64,000 nt of DNA, from assembly GCA_042571405.1 (NCBI GenBank), contig JBHPHU010000003.1, forward strand, positions 3,838-67,837, given 5' to 3'. Below the pieces are notes generated by a model, which was not told where the DNA came from, did no database searches, and was given only the letters and a program-made list of their open reading frames with translations. Made by a program: the position numbers and the translations under genes. Of the stretch, positions 25,380 to 34,826 are shown piece by piece (the first letter of the stretch is position 1; the number at the start of each line of letters is the position of its first letter). The stretch comes from Candidatus Omnitrophota bacterium (GTDB lineage: Bacteria > Omnitrophota > Gorgyraeia > Gorgyraeales > Gorgyraeaceae).

Positions 25380-28300
25380 ATGTCAGAGTTTGATAAATTC
25401 TATAAAGAACTCAATAAGGAGCAGAAGCTGGCTGTGGATACAGTGGATGGGCCTGTGTTGGTTTTGGCTGGACCCGGGACTGGGAAGACTCAGTTGCTTT
25501 CTGTTCGCGCCGCAAATATCATCCACAAGAAAAAGGCCCTGCCTGAGAATATCTTGATCCTTACCTATACTAATGCTGCTACAAAAACTATGAAGGAGAG
25601 GCTTTCAAAGATCATTGGTTTTAAAGGCTATGACGTGCATGTTTCTACCTTCCACAGTTTCGCGAATTCCATAATACTTGACTCAGAAGAGGCTAGTAAT
25701 TATATTCAGGAAAGGATTCAGATTACAGATATCGAGAATCTGAAGGCCATAGAACATGTACTGGATCACTCTAAGGATGTCGCTGATATCAGGCCTTTTC
25801 GCGCGCCATATACATACCTCAGGGAGATACAAAAAAGAATAAGCGAGCTTAAAAGAGAAGGCATAAGCCCGAGAGAATTTTCTGAATATGTTAAAGACAT
25901 AAAACCTGACAATGTATATGTTGAGCAAAAACATATCCCGCGCATAAAGGCGCTGGCAATTGTGTATGAACAATACGAGAAACTCAAAGAAGGAAAGAAC
26001 AAAGACATATTTGACGAGCGCGGAAGATATGACTATGACGACATGATCATGATCGCGATGGACGCGATAAACAAAGAAAAACTTCTTAAGGAGAAATATC
26101 AAGGCCTCTATAAATACATAATGGTAGACGAGTTTCAGGATACAAATGGCGCCCAACTTAAATTCTTATTTTCTCTCATAGCCGGCGCCCATTCCAATCT
26201 TTGCTGCGTTGGTGACGATGACCAGTCTATTTACCGTTTTCAGGGCGCGAGCATAGCCAACTTTAAAGAACTAAAGAAAAGATTTAAGGACTTGAAGACG
26301 ATCTCTCTTAAAGATAATTATCGCTCAACAAAAGAGATCATAGACCTTTCGCGAAACCTCATAAAAGAACTTCCTCAAAACGAGCGCACAGGAGAAAAAA
26401 CCCTTTTGCCAAAAGTAGATTTTAAGAAAAAATCAATAGAATACAGGGAATTTACAGCCAATGAAGAAGAGCTCTATTTTATTGTCGAGCGGATAAAAAA
26501 TTTATGCGCCAAAGAAAAAGGGCTCGCTTATGGCGACATTGCGATATTGGTAAGAAAAAGAAGCCTGATCCCAAGGATAATAGACGCGTTGCTTTGTTCA
26601 GGCATCCCTTATGCTACTGACGGGAAAGAAGACATGCGTTCTGAGACGCGCGTGAGGCAGATGCTGGACATCCTGGAGCTCGCGAGCATTGAACCTCAGG
26701 ATTTTGGAGAAAGAGACAGGATTTTATATAAGATCCTTATAGCTGATTATTTCGAGATTCCTCACAAGGATATCCTGAATTTTATAAATAAGGTCAATGA
26801 AAAAAAGAGAAACAGAGAAAACGCCACTCTCTTGTCAGAGTTTTTTAAAGACAGATGTTTTAAACATGCGGTTGCCGTAATAGAGAAATTTTTAAAAGAC
26901 AGTCTTTCTAAGCCTGTGCATGCGGCGCTCATGGAATACATCAGGGATGCCGGGATTTACAAATATATCCTTAAAACCTATGACAAGGATGAAATTCTAA
27001 AGATCAGACAGGTACGTGGTCTTGCCTCGTTCGTAAACATGGTAAAGGAATATGACCTTTCAAATCCCGGCATAGATCTGAAAAGATTCGTAGAGGAGAT
27101 CAAGACGCGCAACGAGCATAATCTCGCTATTCAGGGTGAGCTTGTCACAATGACGCAGAATGGCGTGAGGATCTTTACGGCGCATGCCTCAAAGGGCCAG
27201 GAATTCCACAGCGTGATCATTCCTTTTTGTCTGCAGGATGCCAGCTGGCCCATAAAACCAATGCCTGATAAAATCCCTCTTGGACCTGAGATACTGGGAG
27301 GCATTGAAAAGGTAGACAGTAAAGAAAGAATAAAAAAGTTAAAGTATTATGACGAGACAAGACTTTTTTATGTGGCCGTCAGCAGGGCAAAGAGCAATGT
27401 GCTTTTTACATGCAGTCCTCAGGATAACAAAATTTCCAGTTCATTTATCCATACATTAGGCCTTGAGCCTAAAGAAAATTCTTTTAAAGAAGAGGATGTG
27501 CTGGGCGGGTCTCTCACAATGCTGGATTTTAAAGATCCTTTTATAGGGACTGAAGAGATTCTCAGAGATATGGTTAGAGACATGACTTTAAATCCCACAA
27601 GCATAAATAATTATTTATACTGCAGGAGAAAATTTCTCTACGATAATGTCCTGATGCTTCCAGGCGCGAAAAAACAGAGCCTGATTTTCGGCAACGCGGT
27701 GCATGAAGGCCTTGAACATGTGTACAGACATTTTATGAAGACAGATAAATTTCCAAATTTTCAATTTTTCAAAGATAGATTTTTTGACGCGTTAAAATAT
27801 CAGGGCCCTGAAAAGGCAATAGAGCTTCGCTGCAAGGAACAGTTCGAAGGATTAAGTAAATTCTTTAGCAGGATCTCTGCGAATCCTGTCAAGCCTATCG
27901 GTTTGGAGAATCGCATGCCAATAAATATTGACGGCATTATCATTACCGGAAAATACGATAGATTAGATATAGAAGACAATGATAAAAGATCACTTCGCGT
28001 AGTAGATTATAAAACAGGCCAGCCAAGGAATCATGCAAGGGGCATCTTCCAGTGCAGGAGCCTGGAGGACGAATCCTGTGACGGTTATCTTCGTCAGCTC
28101 GCGTGCTATAAACTTTTATACGAAAAGGATAAGACGCGGAAGGATAACAATATGTTTGTAAGTCATGGCACGGTGATATTCGTAGAGCCCGCCAAAGAGG
28201 ATGTGCGCAGTTATGGAATAAAAAAGGGCGAGCCAACTGAATTCAAGGTTGAACTCAGAGAAGAAATGGTAGATGAGATGGTGGGCATAATAAAGAGTGT

Positions 28301-28397
28301 GTGGGCGAGCGTACAGGATCTGCATTTTGAAAAATTACAGGAACGCGACAAGAAAAAATGTAACTGGTGTGACTTTGACCATATCTGTTGGAAATAA
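25380..28397 (+). CDS. UvrD/PcrA-like superfamily-1 DNA helicase with C-terminal PD-(D/E)XK (Cas4/AddB-like) nuclease domain carrying a Cys cluster
   Basis: N-terminal LVLAGPGTGKTQLL Walker A, DEFQDTN Walker B; C-terminal ...YDRLDIEDNDKRSLRVVDYKTG... nuclease core and CNWCDFDHICWK cysteine motif. Confidence 0.8.
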   Translation: MSEFDKFYKELNKEQKLAVDTVDGPVLVLAGPGTGKTQLLSVRAANIIHKKKALPENILILTYTNAATKTMKERLSKIIGFKGYDVHVSTFHSFANSIILDSEEASNYIQERIQITDIENLKAIEHVLDHSKDVADIRPFRAPYTYLREIQKRISELKREGISPREFSEYVKDIKPDNVYVEQKHIPRIKALAIVYEQYEKLKEGKNKDIFDERGRYDYDDMIMIAMDAINKEKLLKEKYQGLYKYIMVDEFQDTNGAQLKFLFSLIAGAHSNLCCVGDDDQSIYRFQGASIANFKELKKRFKDLKTISLKDNYRSTKEIIDLSRNLIKELPQNERTGEKTLLPKVDFKKKSIEYREFTANEEELYFIVERIKNLCAKEKGLAYGDIAILVRKRSLIPRIIDALLCSGIPYATDGKEDMRSETRVRQMLDILELASIEPQDFGERDRILYKILIADYFEIPHKDILNFINKVNEKKRNRENATLLSEFFKDRCFKHAVAVIEKFLKDSLSKPVHAALMEYIRDAGIYKYILKTYDKDEILKIRQVRGLASFVNMVKEYDLSNPGIDLKRFVEEIKTRNEHNLAIQGELVTMTQNGVRIFTAHASKGQEFHSVIIPFCLQDASWPIKPMPDKIPLGPEILGGIEKVDSKERIKKLKYYDETRLFYVAVSRAKSNVLFTCSPQDNKISSSFIHTLGLEPKENSFKEEDVLGGSLTMLDFKDPFIGTEEILRDMVRDMTLNPTSINNYLYCRRKFLYDNVLMLPGAKKQSLIFGNAVHEGLEHVYRHFMKTDKFPNFQFFKDRFFDALKYQGPEKAIELRCKEQFEGLSKFFSRISANPVKPIGLENRMPINIDGIIITGKYDRLDIEDNDKRSLRVVDYKTGQPRNHARGIFQCRSLEDESCDGYLRQLACYKLLYEKDKTRKDNNMFVSHGTVIFVEPAKEDVRSYGIKKGEPTEFKVELREEMVDEMVGIIKSVWASVQDLHFEKLQERDKKKCNWCDFDHICWK

Positions 28398-28407
28398 GGG
28401 GGAGACT

Positions 28408-28986
28408 ATGAGGAGATTTATTATTATTTTTATAGCGGCAGTTTTAATCTCGGGTTGCAATATTATTCCCAAATCAATGCAGTACCAGAAAGAGGAGGAA
28501 AAGACCATTGGGAGTGTGGATGTGGTCAATCCTCTTGTAGAAGAAGCGCAAATAGTGCTCGATACTCTTGGATATGACACCGGGACTATGGATGGCAGGA
28601 TAGGCAAGAAAACTCGGCAGGCCATAAAGGAATTTCAGGAATCCATAGGGCTCAGGAGTACAGGTTACATTGATAAGCGTACCTGGAGGGCAGTAGAGGA
28701 CATAATGAGAGAGAATGAGAATCGTGACATGAAAAAGGATTATAATATAGAAGTGAGGAGCCCGTATTTACAAGAGATCTATGATCCTGAGAGTAAGCTG
28801 GGAGTTACGATGAAACAAATACAGGCTGCATTGCAGAACGCGGGATTTGACCCCGGCGCTATAGACGGAAAAGCAGGACCAAGAACACAGCAGGCAATAA
28901 AAGAGTTCCAGCGCACCAAGGGTCTAAAGATAGACGGCAAAGTAGGCCCGCAGACATGGACGGAGCTTGGGAAATATCTTAAGTAA
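28408..28986 (+). CDS. lipoprotein with two peptidoglycan-binding (PG_binding_1) domains
   Basis: Lipobox LISGC; repeats DGRIGKKTRQAIKEFQESIGLRSTGYIDKRTWRAV and DGKAGPRTQQAIKEFQRTKGLKIDGKVGPQTWTEL; ORF-track start 28297 lies inside helicase gene. Confidence 0.7.
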   Translation: MRRFIIIFIAAVLISGCNIIPKSMQYQKEEEKTIGSVDVVNPLVEEAQIVLDTLGYDTGTMDGRIGKKTRQAIKEFQESIGLRSTGYIDKRTWRAVEDIMRENENRDMKKDYNIEVRSPYLQEIYDPESKLGVTMKQIQAALQNAGFDPGAIDGKAGPRTQQAIKEFQRTKGLKIDGKVGPQTWTELGKYLK

Positions 28987-29100
28987 GCTATCAGTTTTCA
29001 GCCTTCAGCAGCTGACAGCTGAAAGCCAAGCTAATATATGATATTGACAAGTATAACCCTTCGTGGTATAAAATTATAAGTTGGAAGGAGAAAGGATGTA

Positions 29101-29313
29101 ATGGGTAAATACGTAACGCTGCTTGGTGGTATAATAAGCATTCTTATTGGAATATGGGGCATAGGAACCTGGTGGTGGAGTTTTGTAGATCTTTTAAAGG
29201 GATGCATGCCTATTGTGCTTGTATTGGGCGGACTTGCAGCACTTTTTGCTGGTATAAGTGAGATGAAAGATGTTGGTCAGGCAAAGAAAGAAGACTCAAG
29301 AGATAAAAAATAA
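29101..29313 (+). CDS. small membrane protein (2 TM), hypothetical
   Basis: 70 aa, two hydrophobic helices, WWW motif; promoter TTGACA-17-TATAAA at ~29046-29074 and RBS GGAAGGAG. Confidence 0.5.
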   Translation: MGKYVTLLGGIISILIGIWGIGTWWWSFVDLLKGCMPIVLVLGGLAALFAGISEMKDVGQAKKEDSRDKK

Positions 29314-29340
29314 AAAAATCAAATATACGCTAATAACAAA

Positions 29341-29375
29341 TAGACCCGCAAAACACAGGGTCTATCTTTGTTTTT
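29341..29375 (+). terminator. rho-independent terminator (TAGACCC-loop-GGGTCTA + T-run)
   Basis: tagacccgcaaaacacagggtctatctttgttttt after small membrane ORF. Confidence 0.65.
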
Positions 29376-29402
29376 GTATGGAATTTGAAAAATTCCATAC
29401 AA
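29376..29402. promoter_or_regulatory. perfect 12-3-12 palindrome TGTATGGAATTT-GAA-AAATTCCATACA upstream of htpX (candidate operator)
   Basis: 27-bp dyad ~35 bp upstream of htpX ATG 29436; not T-run-followed. Confidence 0.45.
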
Positions 29403-29435
29403 CTGGGTAGGCGGGGTAACTTTGGGGGTAATTTT

Positions 29436-30272
29436 ATGAACTATGTAAAGACAGGCATTCTATTAGTCCTTTTGACAATGCTTTTTGTGTGGATAGGCGG
29501 TTATTTCGGAGGCCAGTCAGGCGCGACGTTCGCGTTTGTGTTTGCGCTTTTGATGAATTTTGGCGCGTATTGGTTTAGTGACAAAATAGTGCTTGCTATG
29601 TATAAGGCCAAAGAGGTTTCTCCGCAGGAAGTCCCTGAACTCTATAACATAGTCAGGAACCTGACTTCCAATGCAAAACTTCCCATGCCAAAATTATATA
29701 TAACTCCGGAAAATTCTCCCAATGCCTTTGCAACGGGCCGCAACCCAAAGCATTCAGCGGTATGCGTTACGCAGGGTATTTTGAATCTTCTGAATCGCGA
29801 AGAATTAAGGGGCGTTATAGCCCATGAATTATCGCATATAAAAAATAGAGACACATTGATAATGACTGTCGCGGCTACCATTGCAGGGGCGATTACTATG
29901 CTTGCATACTGGGCAAGATGGGCTGTGATATTAGGAGGAAGAGGAAGGAATAAAGACAGTAATATGATCGGACATATTTTTATGCTTATAGTCGCGCCTA
30001 TTGCGGCAATGCTTATACAGCTTGCGATATCGCGTTCCAGGGAATACGCGGCTGATAAAAGGGCTGTGTATATCGCGAAAGACCATGCGGGTCTTGTGGG
30101 CGCGCTTTTGAAATTAGAAAAAGGAGCGCATAGTCATCCTATGCAGGCAACTCAGGCAACCGCGCATCTTTTTATAGTAAATCCATTGCGCGGTCAATCG
30201 CTGGCAAAACTTTTCAGCACGCATCCGCCAATACAAGAAAGAGTAAAAAGACTCCAGAATCTTACTTTGTAA
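29436..30272 (+). CDS. htpX: zinc metalloprotease HtpX (peptidase M48)
   Basis: N-terminal TM helices, HELSHIKNRD HExxH motif, downstream ...EYAADK...; start chosen at MNYVKTG (ORF track 29385 begins inside the palindrome). Confidence 0.85.
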   Translation: MNYVKTGILLVLLTMLFVWIGGYFGGQSGATFAFVFALLMNFGAYWFSDKIVLAMYKAKEVSPQEVPELYNIVRNLTSNAKLPMPKLYITPENSPNAFATGRNPKHSAVCVTQGILNLLNREELRGVIAHELSHIKNRDTLIMTVAATIAGAITMLAYWARWAVILGGRGRNKDSNMIGHIFMLIVAPIAAMLIQLAISRSREYAADKRAVYIAKDHAGLVGALLKLEKGAHSHPMQATQATAHLFIVNPLRGQSLAKLFSTHPPIQERVKRLQNLTL

Positions 30273-30277
30273 TCGCT

Positions 30278-30329
30278 AAGTATACATCTCGCCTAAGGCG
30301 GATGTATACTTATCCGCCTTAGGCGGATT
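30278..30329. repeat. two adjacent GC hairpins after htpX containing the D-motif CGCCTAAGGCGG / CCGCCTTAGGCGG
   Basis: AAGTATACATC[TCGCCTAAGGCGG]ATGTATACTT then ATCCGCC-TTAG-GCGGAT; same CCGCCTTAGGCGG loop in terminator at 58721. Confidence 0.5.
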
Positions 30330-30360
30330 GTGGGTAACTTTAATTTAGGAGGAGGGAAAT

Positions 30361-31368
30361 ATGCCAGATTTTACACAAAAATATGGGCAGGATATCAGAG
30401 AGATTAATGAAAAGGTCAAACAGGCTAGTCTTTTTGTTCAGCAGATCAATGCTGAACTTTCAAAGGTCATTGTGGGTCAAAAGGATGTAGTGGACAGACT
30501 CATGATAGCGCTTCTTGCGAATGGCCACATATTGATCGAAGGCGTGCCGGGCCTGGCAAAAACGCTTGCTGTAAAAACTCTTTCAAAATGTATCCAGACA
30601 AGATTTCAACGCCTTCAATTCACGCCTGACCTATTGCCGGCTGATTTAATCGGCACACTTGTTTATAATCCGAAAGACGGAAAATTTACTACCAAGAAAG
30701 GCCCTATATTTTCAAATCTGATCTTAGCTGATGAGATAAACAGGGCGCCCGCAAAGGTGCAGAGCGCGCTTTTAGAGGCAATGCAGGAACGCCAGATCAC
30801 AATAGGAGAGAATACCTTTAAATTAGATGATCCATTTCTTGTCCTGGCCACTCAAAATCCAATAGAGCAGGAAGGCACATACCCGCTTCCGGAAGCGCAG
30901 GTCGACAGGTTTATGCTCAAGATAAAGATGGACTACCCTAATAAAAAAGAAGAAAAAGAAATCATGGAGCGTATGGCAGGACATCAGCCGTCCGATGTAA
31001 AATCAGTTGTTTCTCCGCAGGATATTATAAAGGCCAGAGAGATAGTCAGCCAGGTCTATATAGACGATAAGGTGAAGGATTACATAGTAGATCTTGTCTA
31101 TGCCACAAGGAGACCTGAAGAATATAATCTGGACATAAAAAGCCTGATTTCATATGGCGCGTCTCCTCGAGCGTCTATATATTTAAATATAGCCAGCCGC
31201 GCGCATGCCTTTATCCGTGGCAGAGGTTATGTAACACCCGAAGATGTAAAGGAAATTGGCATGGATGTCCTGCGTCATCGCATTATAGTGACTTATGAAG
31301 CAGAAGCAGAAGAAATGACAAGCGAAGATATAGTAAAACGCGTGTTTGATGAGATAGAAGTACCATAA
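30361..31368 (+). CDS. moxR: MoxR-family AAA+ ATPase
   Basis: HILIEGVPGLAKTL Walker A, LLADEINRAPAKVQSALLEAMQE; first gene of Bat operon. Confidence 0.9.
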   Translation: MPDFTQKYGQDIREINEKVKQASLFVQQINAELSKVIVGQKDVVDRLMIALLANGHILIEGVPGLAKTLAVKTLSKCIQTRFQRLQFTPDLLPADLIGTLVYNPKDGKFTTKKGPIFSNLILADEINRAPAKVQSALLEAMQERQITIGENTFKLDDPFLVLATQNPIEQEGTYPLPEAQVDRFMLKIKMDYPNKKEEKEIMERMAGHQPSDVKSVVSPQDIIKAREIVSQVYIDDKVKDYIVDLVYATRRPEEYNLDIKSLISYGASPRASIYLNIASRAHAFIRGRGYVTPEDVKEIGMDVLRHRIIVTYEAEAEEMTSEDIVKRVFDEIEVP

Positions 31369-31370
31369 TA

Positions 31371-31453
31371 CGGGTAATGGGTAATGGGTAACGGGTAACG
31401 GAGATAAAATAATATTTTACTTTCGTATCCCGTTACCCGTATCCCGTATCCCG
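31371..31453. repeat. heptanucleotide tandem-repeat hairpin: (GGGTAAT/C)x4 ... (CCCGTAT/TAC)x4
   Basis: cgggtaatgggtaatgggtaacgggtaacgg-N22-cgtatcccgttacccgtatcccgtatcccg; arms imperfectly complementary; related heptad tracts inside CDSs at 868-897 and 36171-36205. Confidence 0.7.
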
Positions 31454-31459
31454 AAACAC

Positions 31460-32338
31460 ATGCTTCCCAAAGAAATCCTTAAAAAAATTCGGCAGATAGA
31501 GATTCGTACAGGCAGGCTAGTGAATGACGTATTTGCCGGTAAGTACGAGTCTGTCTTTAAGGGCCGCGGCATGGAATTCCACGAGGTGCGGGAATATGTG
31601 CCGGGTGACGACATCCGCTCTATTGACTGGAATGTGACGGCCCGCGCAGGCAATCCATACGTAAAAAAATTCGTGGAAGAAAGAGAGCTCACGGTTTTGC
31701 TCATGGCAGATCTGAGCTCATCAGGCCATTTTGGCACAAAAAACAAACTCAAAAAAGAGATAATGGCGGAGATAGGCGCGGTATTGGCATTCAGCGCTAT
31801 AAAAAACAATGATAAGGTAGGACTTTTGCTTTTTACAGACCATGTAGAAAAATTTATTATGCCTAAAAAGGGAAGAGCTCATGTCCTAAGGGTTATACGA
31901 GAATTATTGTACTATAAGCCCAAAGGCAAAAAGACCAATATCAACACTGCTATTGAATATCTGGGAAAGGTTTTAAAAAAGAAGGCCGTAATATTTCTAA
32001 TATCGGATTTTATAGATTCTAATTATGAAAAGCGCCTGAGGATCTTAAACAAGCGGCACGATATCGTAGCTATCCCGATCTCTGATCCGAGAGAAACAGT
32101 TCTTCCTGACGTGGGACTCATAGAATTCGAAGACGCGGAAACAGGCGAAATTCTTTTCATGGATACCGCAGACGCTTTGCTGAAAAAGGAATTCACAAAA
32201 AGAAAACACTCTTTTATAGAGGAACGCAACAGGATATTTAGATCCGTAGGAGTTGATTCCGTAGAGATATCTACAGACAAACCCTACATAAAACCCCTTA
32301 TGCTTTTTTTCAAGAAACGCGCCAAAAGATTTAGATGA
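31460..32338 (+). CDS. DUF58 (vWA-like) protein of the MoxR/Bat operon
   Basis: HEVREYVPGDDIRSIDWNVTAR... hallmark of DUF58. Confidence 0.85.
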   Translation: MLPKEILKKIRQIEIRTGRLVNDVFAGKYESVFKGRGMEFHEVREYVPGDDIRSIDWNVTARAGNPYVKKFVEERELTVLLMADLSSSGHFGTKNKLKKEIMAEIGAVLAFSAIKNNDKVGLLLFTDHVEKFIMPKKGRAHVLRVIRELLYYKPKGKKTNINTAIEYLGKVLKKKAVIFLISDFIDSNYEKRLRILNKRHDIVAIPISDPRETVLPDVGLIEFEDAETGEILFMDTADALLKKEFTKRKHSFIEERNRIFRSVGVDSVEISTDKPYIKPLMLFFKKRAKRFR

Positions 32339-32341
32339 GGA

Positions 32342-32830
32342 TTGGGAATGGATGATATAAGGCCTTTAAAAGGTCCGGTGGATATAGCAGGCGGATTGCA
32401 GATCTGGCCATTGATTATATTAATTGCGTTGATTATCGCGAGCGCGCTTATTTTTATTTACCTTAAGAAAAAAAGAAAAACAAAGGAAGAGGTCTTTGTG
32501 TCGCCCCGACCTCCTGAAGAAATTGCGATGGAAGCTCTAAGGGCTCTTCTGGAGATGAAATTGATCGAAAAGGGCCTGATAAAAGAATACTACATAAGAC
32601 TTTCAGACATTATCAGGACTTACATAGAGGCAAGATTTAAGATATTCGCCTTGGATCGTACAACATGGGAACTCTATCAGGAAATGCGGATAAAAAAAAT
32701 TGAAAGAAAAGAAACTGACAGGATAAGGGATTTTCTTGAGGACTGTGATATTGTAAAATTCGCAAAGTATATTCCATCGCGGAAAGAGATACAAGACGCA
32801 TATCTCAAGGCAGAGGAGATCGTAAAGTGA
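32342..32830 (+). CDS. Bat-operon small membrane protein (DUF4381-like)
   Basis: 162 aa, single TM (IWPLIILIALIIASALIFIYL) followed by KKKRK; conserved position between DUF58 and batA. Confidence 0.6.
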   Translation: MGMDDIRPLKGPVDIAGGLQIWPLIILIALIIASALIFIYLKKKRKTKEEVFVSPRPPEEIAMEALRALLEMKLIEKGLIKEYYIRLSDIIRTYIEARFKIFALDRTTWELYQEMRIKKIERKETDRIRDFLEDCDIVKFAKYIPSRKEIQDAYLKAEEIVK

Positions 32831-32831
32831 T

Positions 32832-33821
32832 ATGAGATTTGCCAGCCCTTTATTTTTAATACTACTTGGCATTATTCCTCTAATGGTCTGGGATTATTTC
32901 AGGCGCGGCAAAGACCGTGAAGCGAGTCTTTTATATTCCGATCTTTCCATTATAAAAGATATGCGGCCTGGCCTTCGCGTCAGATACAGGCGCATGCCAA
33001 TTATTTTGAAGATGGCTGCTATATTTATCTTTATCCTTGCCCTGGCAAGGCCTCAGGCAGGCCAGGTAGAAGAGGAGATTATTACAGAAGGCATTGATAT
33101 TATACTTACTCTTGATACCTCCAGCAGTATGAAGGCAGAGGATTTTAAACCGCAAAATAGATTGGGCGCAGCCAAAGAGGTAATGGGCAAATTTATTAAA
33201 TCAAGAAAGAATGACAGAATAGGCCTTGTGGTTTTTTCAGGAGTCAGTTTTACTCAATGCCCGCTTACTCTTGATTATGGGGTGCTTTTGGATCTATTGG
33301 ACAAGATAGAGATAGGCATGATAGAAGACGGCACTGCCATAGGTACCGCGATCGCGAATTCTGTTAACAGGCTCAGGGATTCCCAGGCCAAAAGCAAGAT
33401 CATTGTCCTGCTTACAGATGGCATCAATAATGCGGGAAAGATAGACCCTCAAACAGCGGCAAAAACAGCAAAGGCGCTCGGGGTAAAGATATATACTGTA
33501 GGCGCCGGCAAGCCCGGAGGGGCAATGTATCCTGTGGATCACCCTATATTTGGAAAAAGATACGTGCAGATGGATACAGAGATAGATGAAGCGCTTCTCA
33601 AAGAGATTGCCAAAGATACAGGCGCCATGTATTTCAGGGCAAAGGACGAAAAAGGCCTTGAGGAGATTTACGAGACTATAGGTAAGCTTGAGAAGACCGA
33701 GATAGAGACAAAAGAATACGCGAACTATACAGAACTTGCAGGCAGTTTTATCCTGCCGGGATTTATAATTTTCCTGGCAGGTATTACATTGGCAAATACT
33801 GTGTTTAGGAAGATACCTTAA
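32832..33821 (+). CDS. batA: BatA, vWA-domain aerotolerance protein
   Basis: N-terminal TM helices, vWA MIDAS DxSxS (ILTLDTSSSM), C-terminal TM. Confidence 0.85.
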   Translation: MRFASPLFLILLGIIPLMVWDYFRRGKDREASLLYSDLSIIKDMRPGLRVRYRRMPIILKMAAIFIFILALARPQAGQVEEEIITEGIDIILTLDTSSSMKAEDFKPQNRLGAAKEVMGKFIKSRKNDRIGLVVFSGVSFTQCPLTLDYGVLLDLLDKIEIGMIEDGTAIGTAIANSVNRLRDSQAKSKIIVLLTDGINNAGKIDPQTAAKTAKALGVKIYTVGAGKPGGAMYPVDHPIFGKRYVQMDTEIDEALLKEIAKDTGAMYFRAKDEKGLEEIYETIGKLEKTEIETKEYANYTELAGSFILPGFIIFLAGITLANTVFRKIP

Positions 33822-33824
33822 TAT

Positions 33825-34826
33825 ATGCACTGGGGCGCTCCGATATATCTTAATTTTCTTTTGTTGATTCCTGCGCTAGCGGTCTTTTTTATCCTTGTCT
33901 CAATAAGGAAAAAGAGGGCGCTTGAAGTATTCGGAGACAGGGATCTACTCCAGCGGCTTTCTGTTTCAAAGAGCGTAGCCAGGGAAAAGGCTTCCAGGAT
34001 TTTAATTCTTATAGCAGCATGTTTTTTAATAATTGCTCTTGCGCGGCCACAAATAGGCACCCGCCTTACTATGTCCAAGCGTCAGGGCGTAGATGTCATG
34101 ATAGCCATAGATGTATCTTCAAGTATGATGGCGCAGGATATAAAGCCGAATCGTTTGGAAAAGGCAAAGCTCGAAGTCGCCTCTTTAATAGATAAGTTAA
34201 AAGGCGACAGGGTGGGCATCCTCACATTTTCAGGAAAGAGTTTCATCCAGTGCCCGCTCACCCTTGACTATAATGCGGCAAAGATGTTTTTAGGGATTGT
34301 AGAGCCAGGCATGATACCCAGACCCGGAACTGCCATAGGCGATGCCATAGACAAGGCTGCTGAGGCATTTGTCAAGAAGCAGCGAAAGCACAAGGTACTG
34401 GTTTTGCTGACAGACGGAGAAGATCACGAGACCAATCCAATAAACTCAGCCAAAGAGGCAAAAAAACAAGGCATAGTCATATATACTATAGGCATAGGTA
34501 CCAGTAAAGGAGAGCCTATACCTTTGATTGGGAAATCCGGAAATGTCACAGGATATAAGAAGGACAATGCCGGTGAAGTAATTATGACAAAGCTGGACCA
34601 TGCAGCGCTTCAAAAGATAGCTCTTTTGACTGACGGGAAATACTATAATGCGAGCCCAGGGGAATTTGAGCTGGATAAGATTTACGGTGAGATTAGTAAG
34701 ATGCAGAAAAAGGAACTTTCAAGCAGGCTTTTTACCCAGTACGAGGACAGGTTCCAGTATTTTTTGGGCATAGCGCTTCTTCTTTTGTGTATTGAATTTG
34801 CCATGGGAGACAGAAAAAGGTTATGA
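33825..34826 (+). CDS. batB: BatB, vWA-domain aerotolerance protein
   Basis: MIAIDVSSSM MIDAS motif, paralog of BatA, TM helices at both ends. Confidence 0.85.
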   Translation: MHWGAPIYLNFLLLIPALAVFFILVSIRKKRALEVFGDRDLLQRLSVSKSVAREKASRILILIAACFLIIALARPQIGTRLTMSKRQGVDVMIAIDVSSSMMAQDIKPNRLEKAKLEVASLIDKLKGDRVGILTFSGKSFIQCPLTLDYNAAKMFLGIVEPGMIPRPGTAIGDAIDKAAEAFVKKQRKHKVLVLLTDGEDHETNPINSAKEAKKQGIVIYTIGIGTSKGEPIPLIGKSGNVTGYKKDNAGEVIMTKLDHAALQKIALLTDGKYYNASPGEFELDKIYGEISKMQKKELSSRLFTQYEDRFQYFLGIALLLLCIEFAMGDRKRL

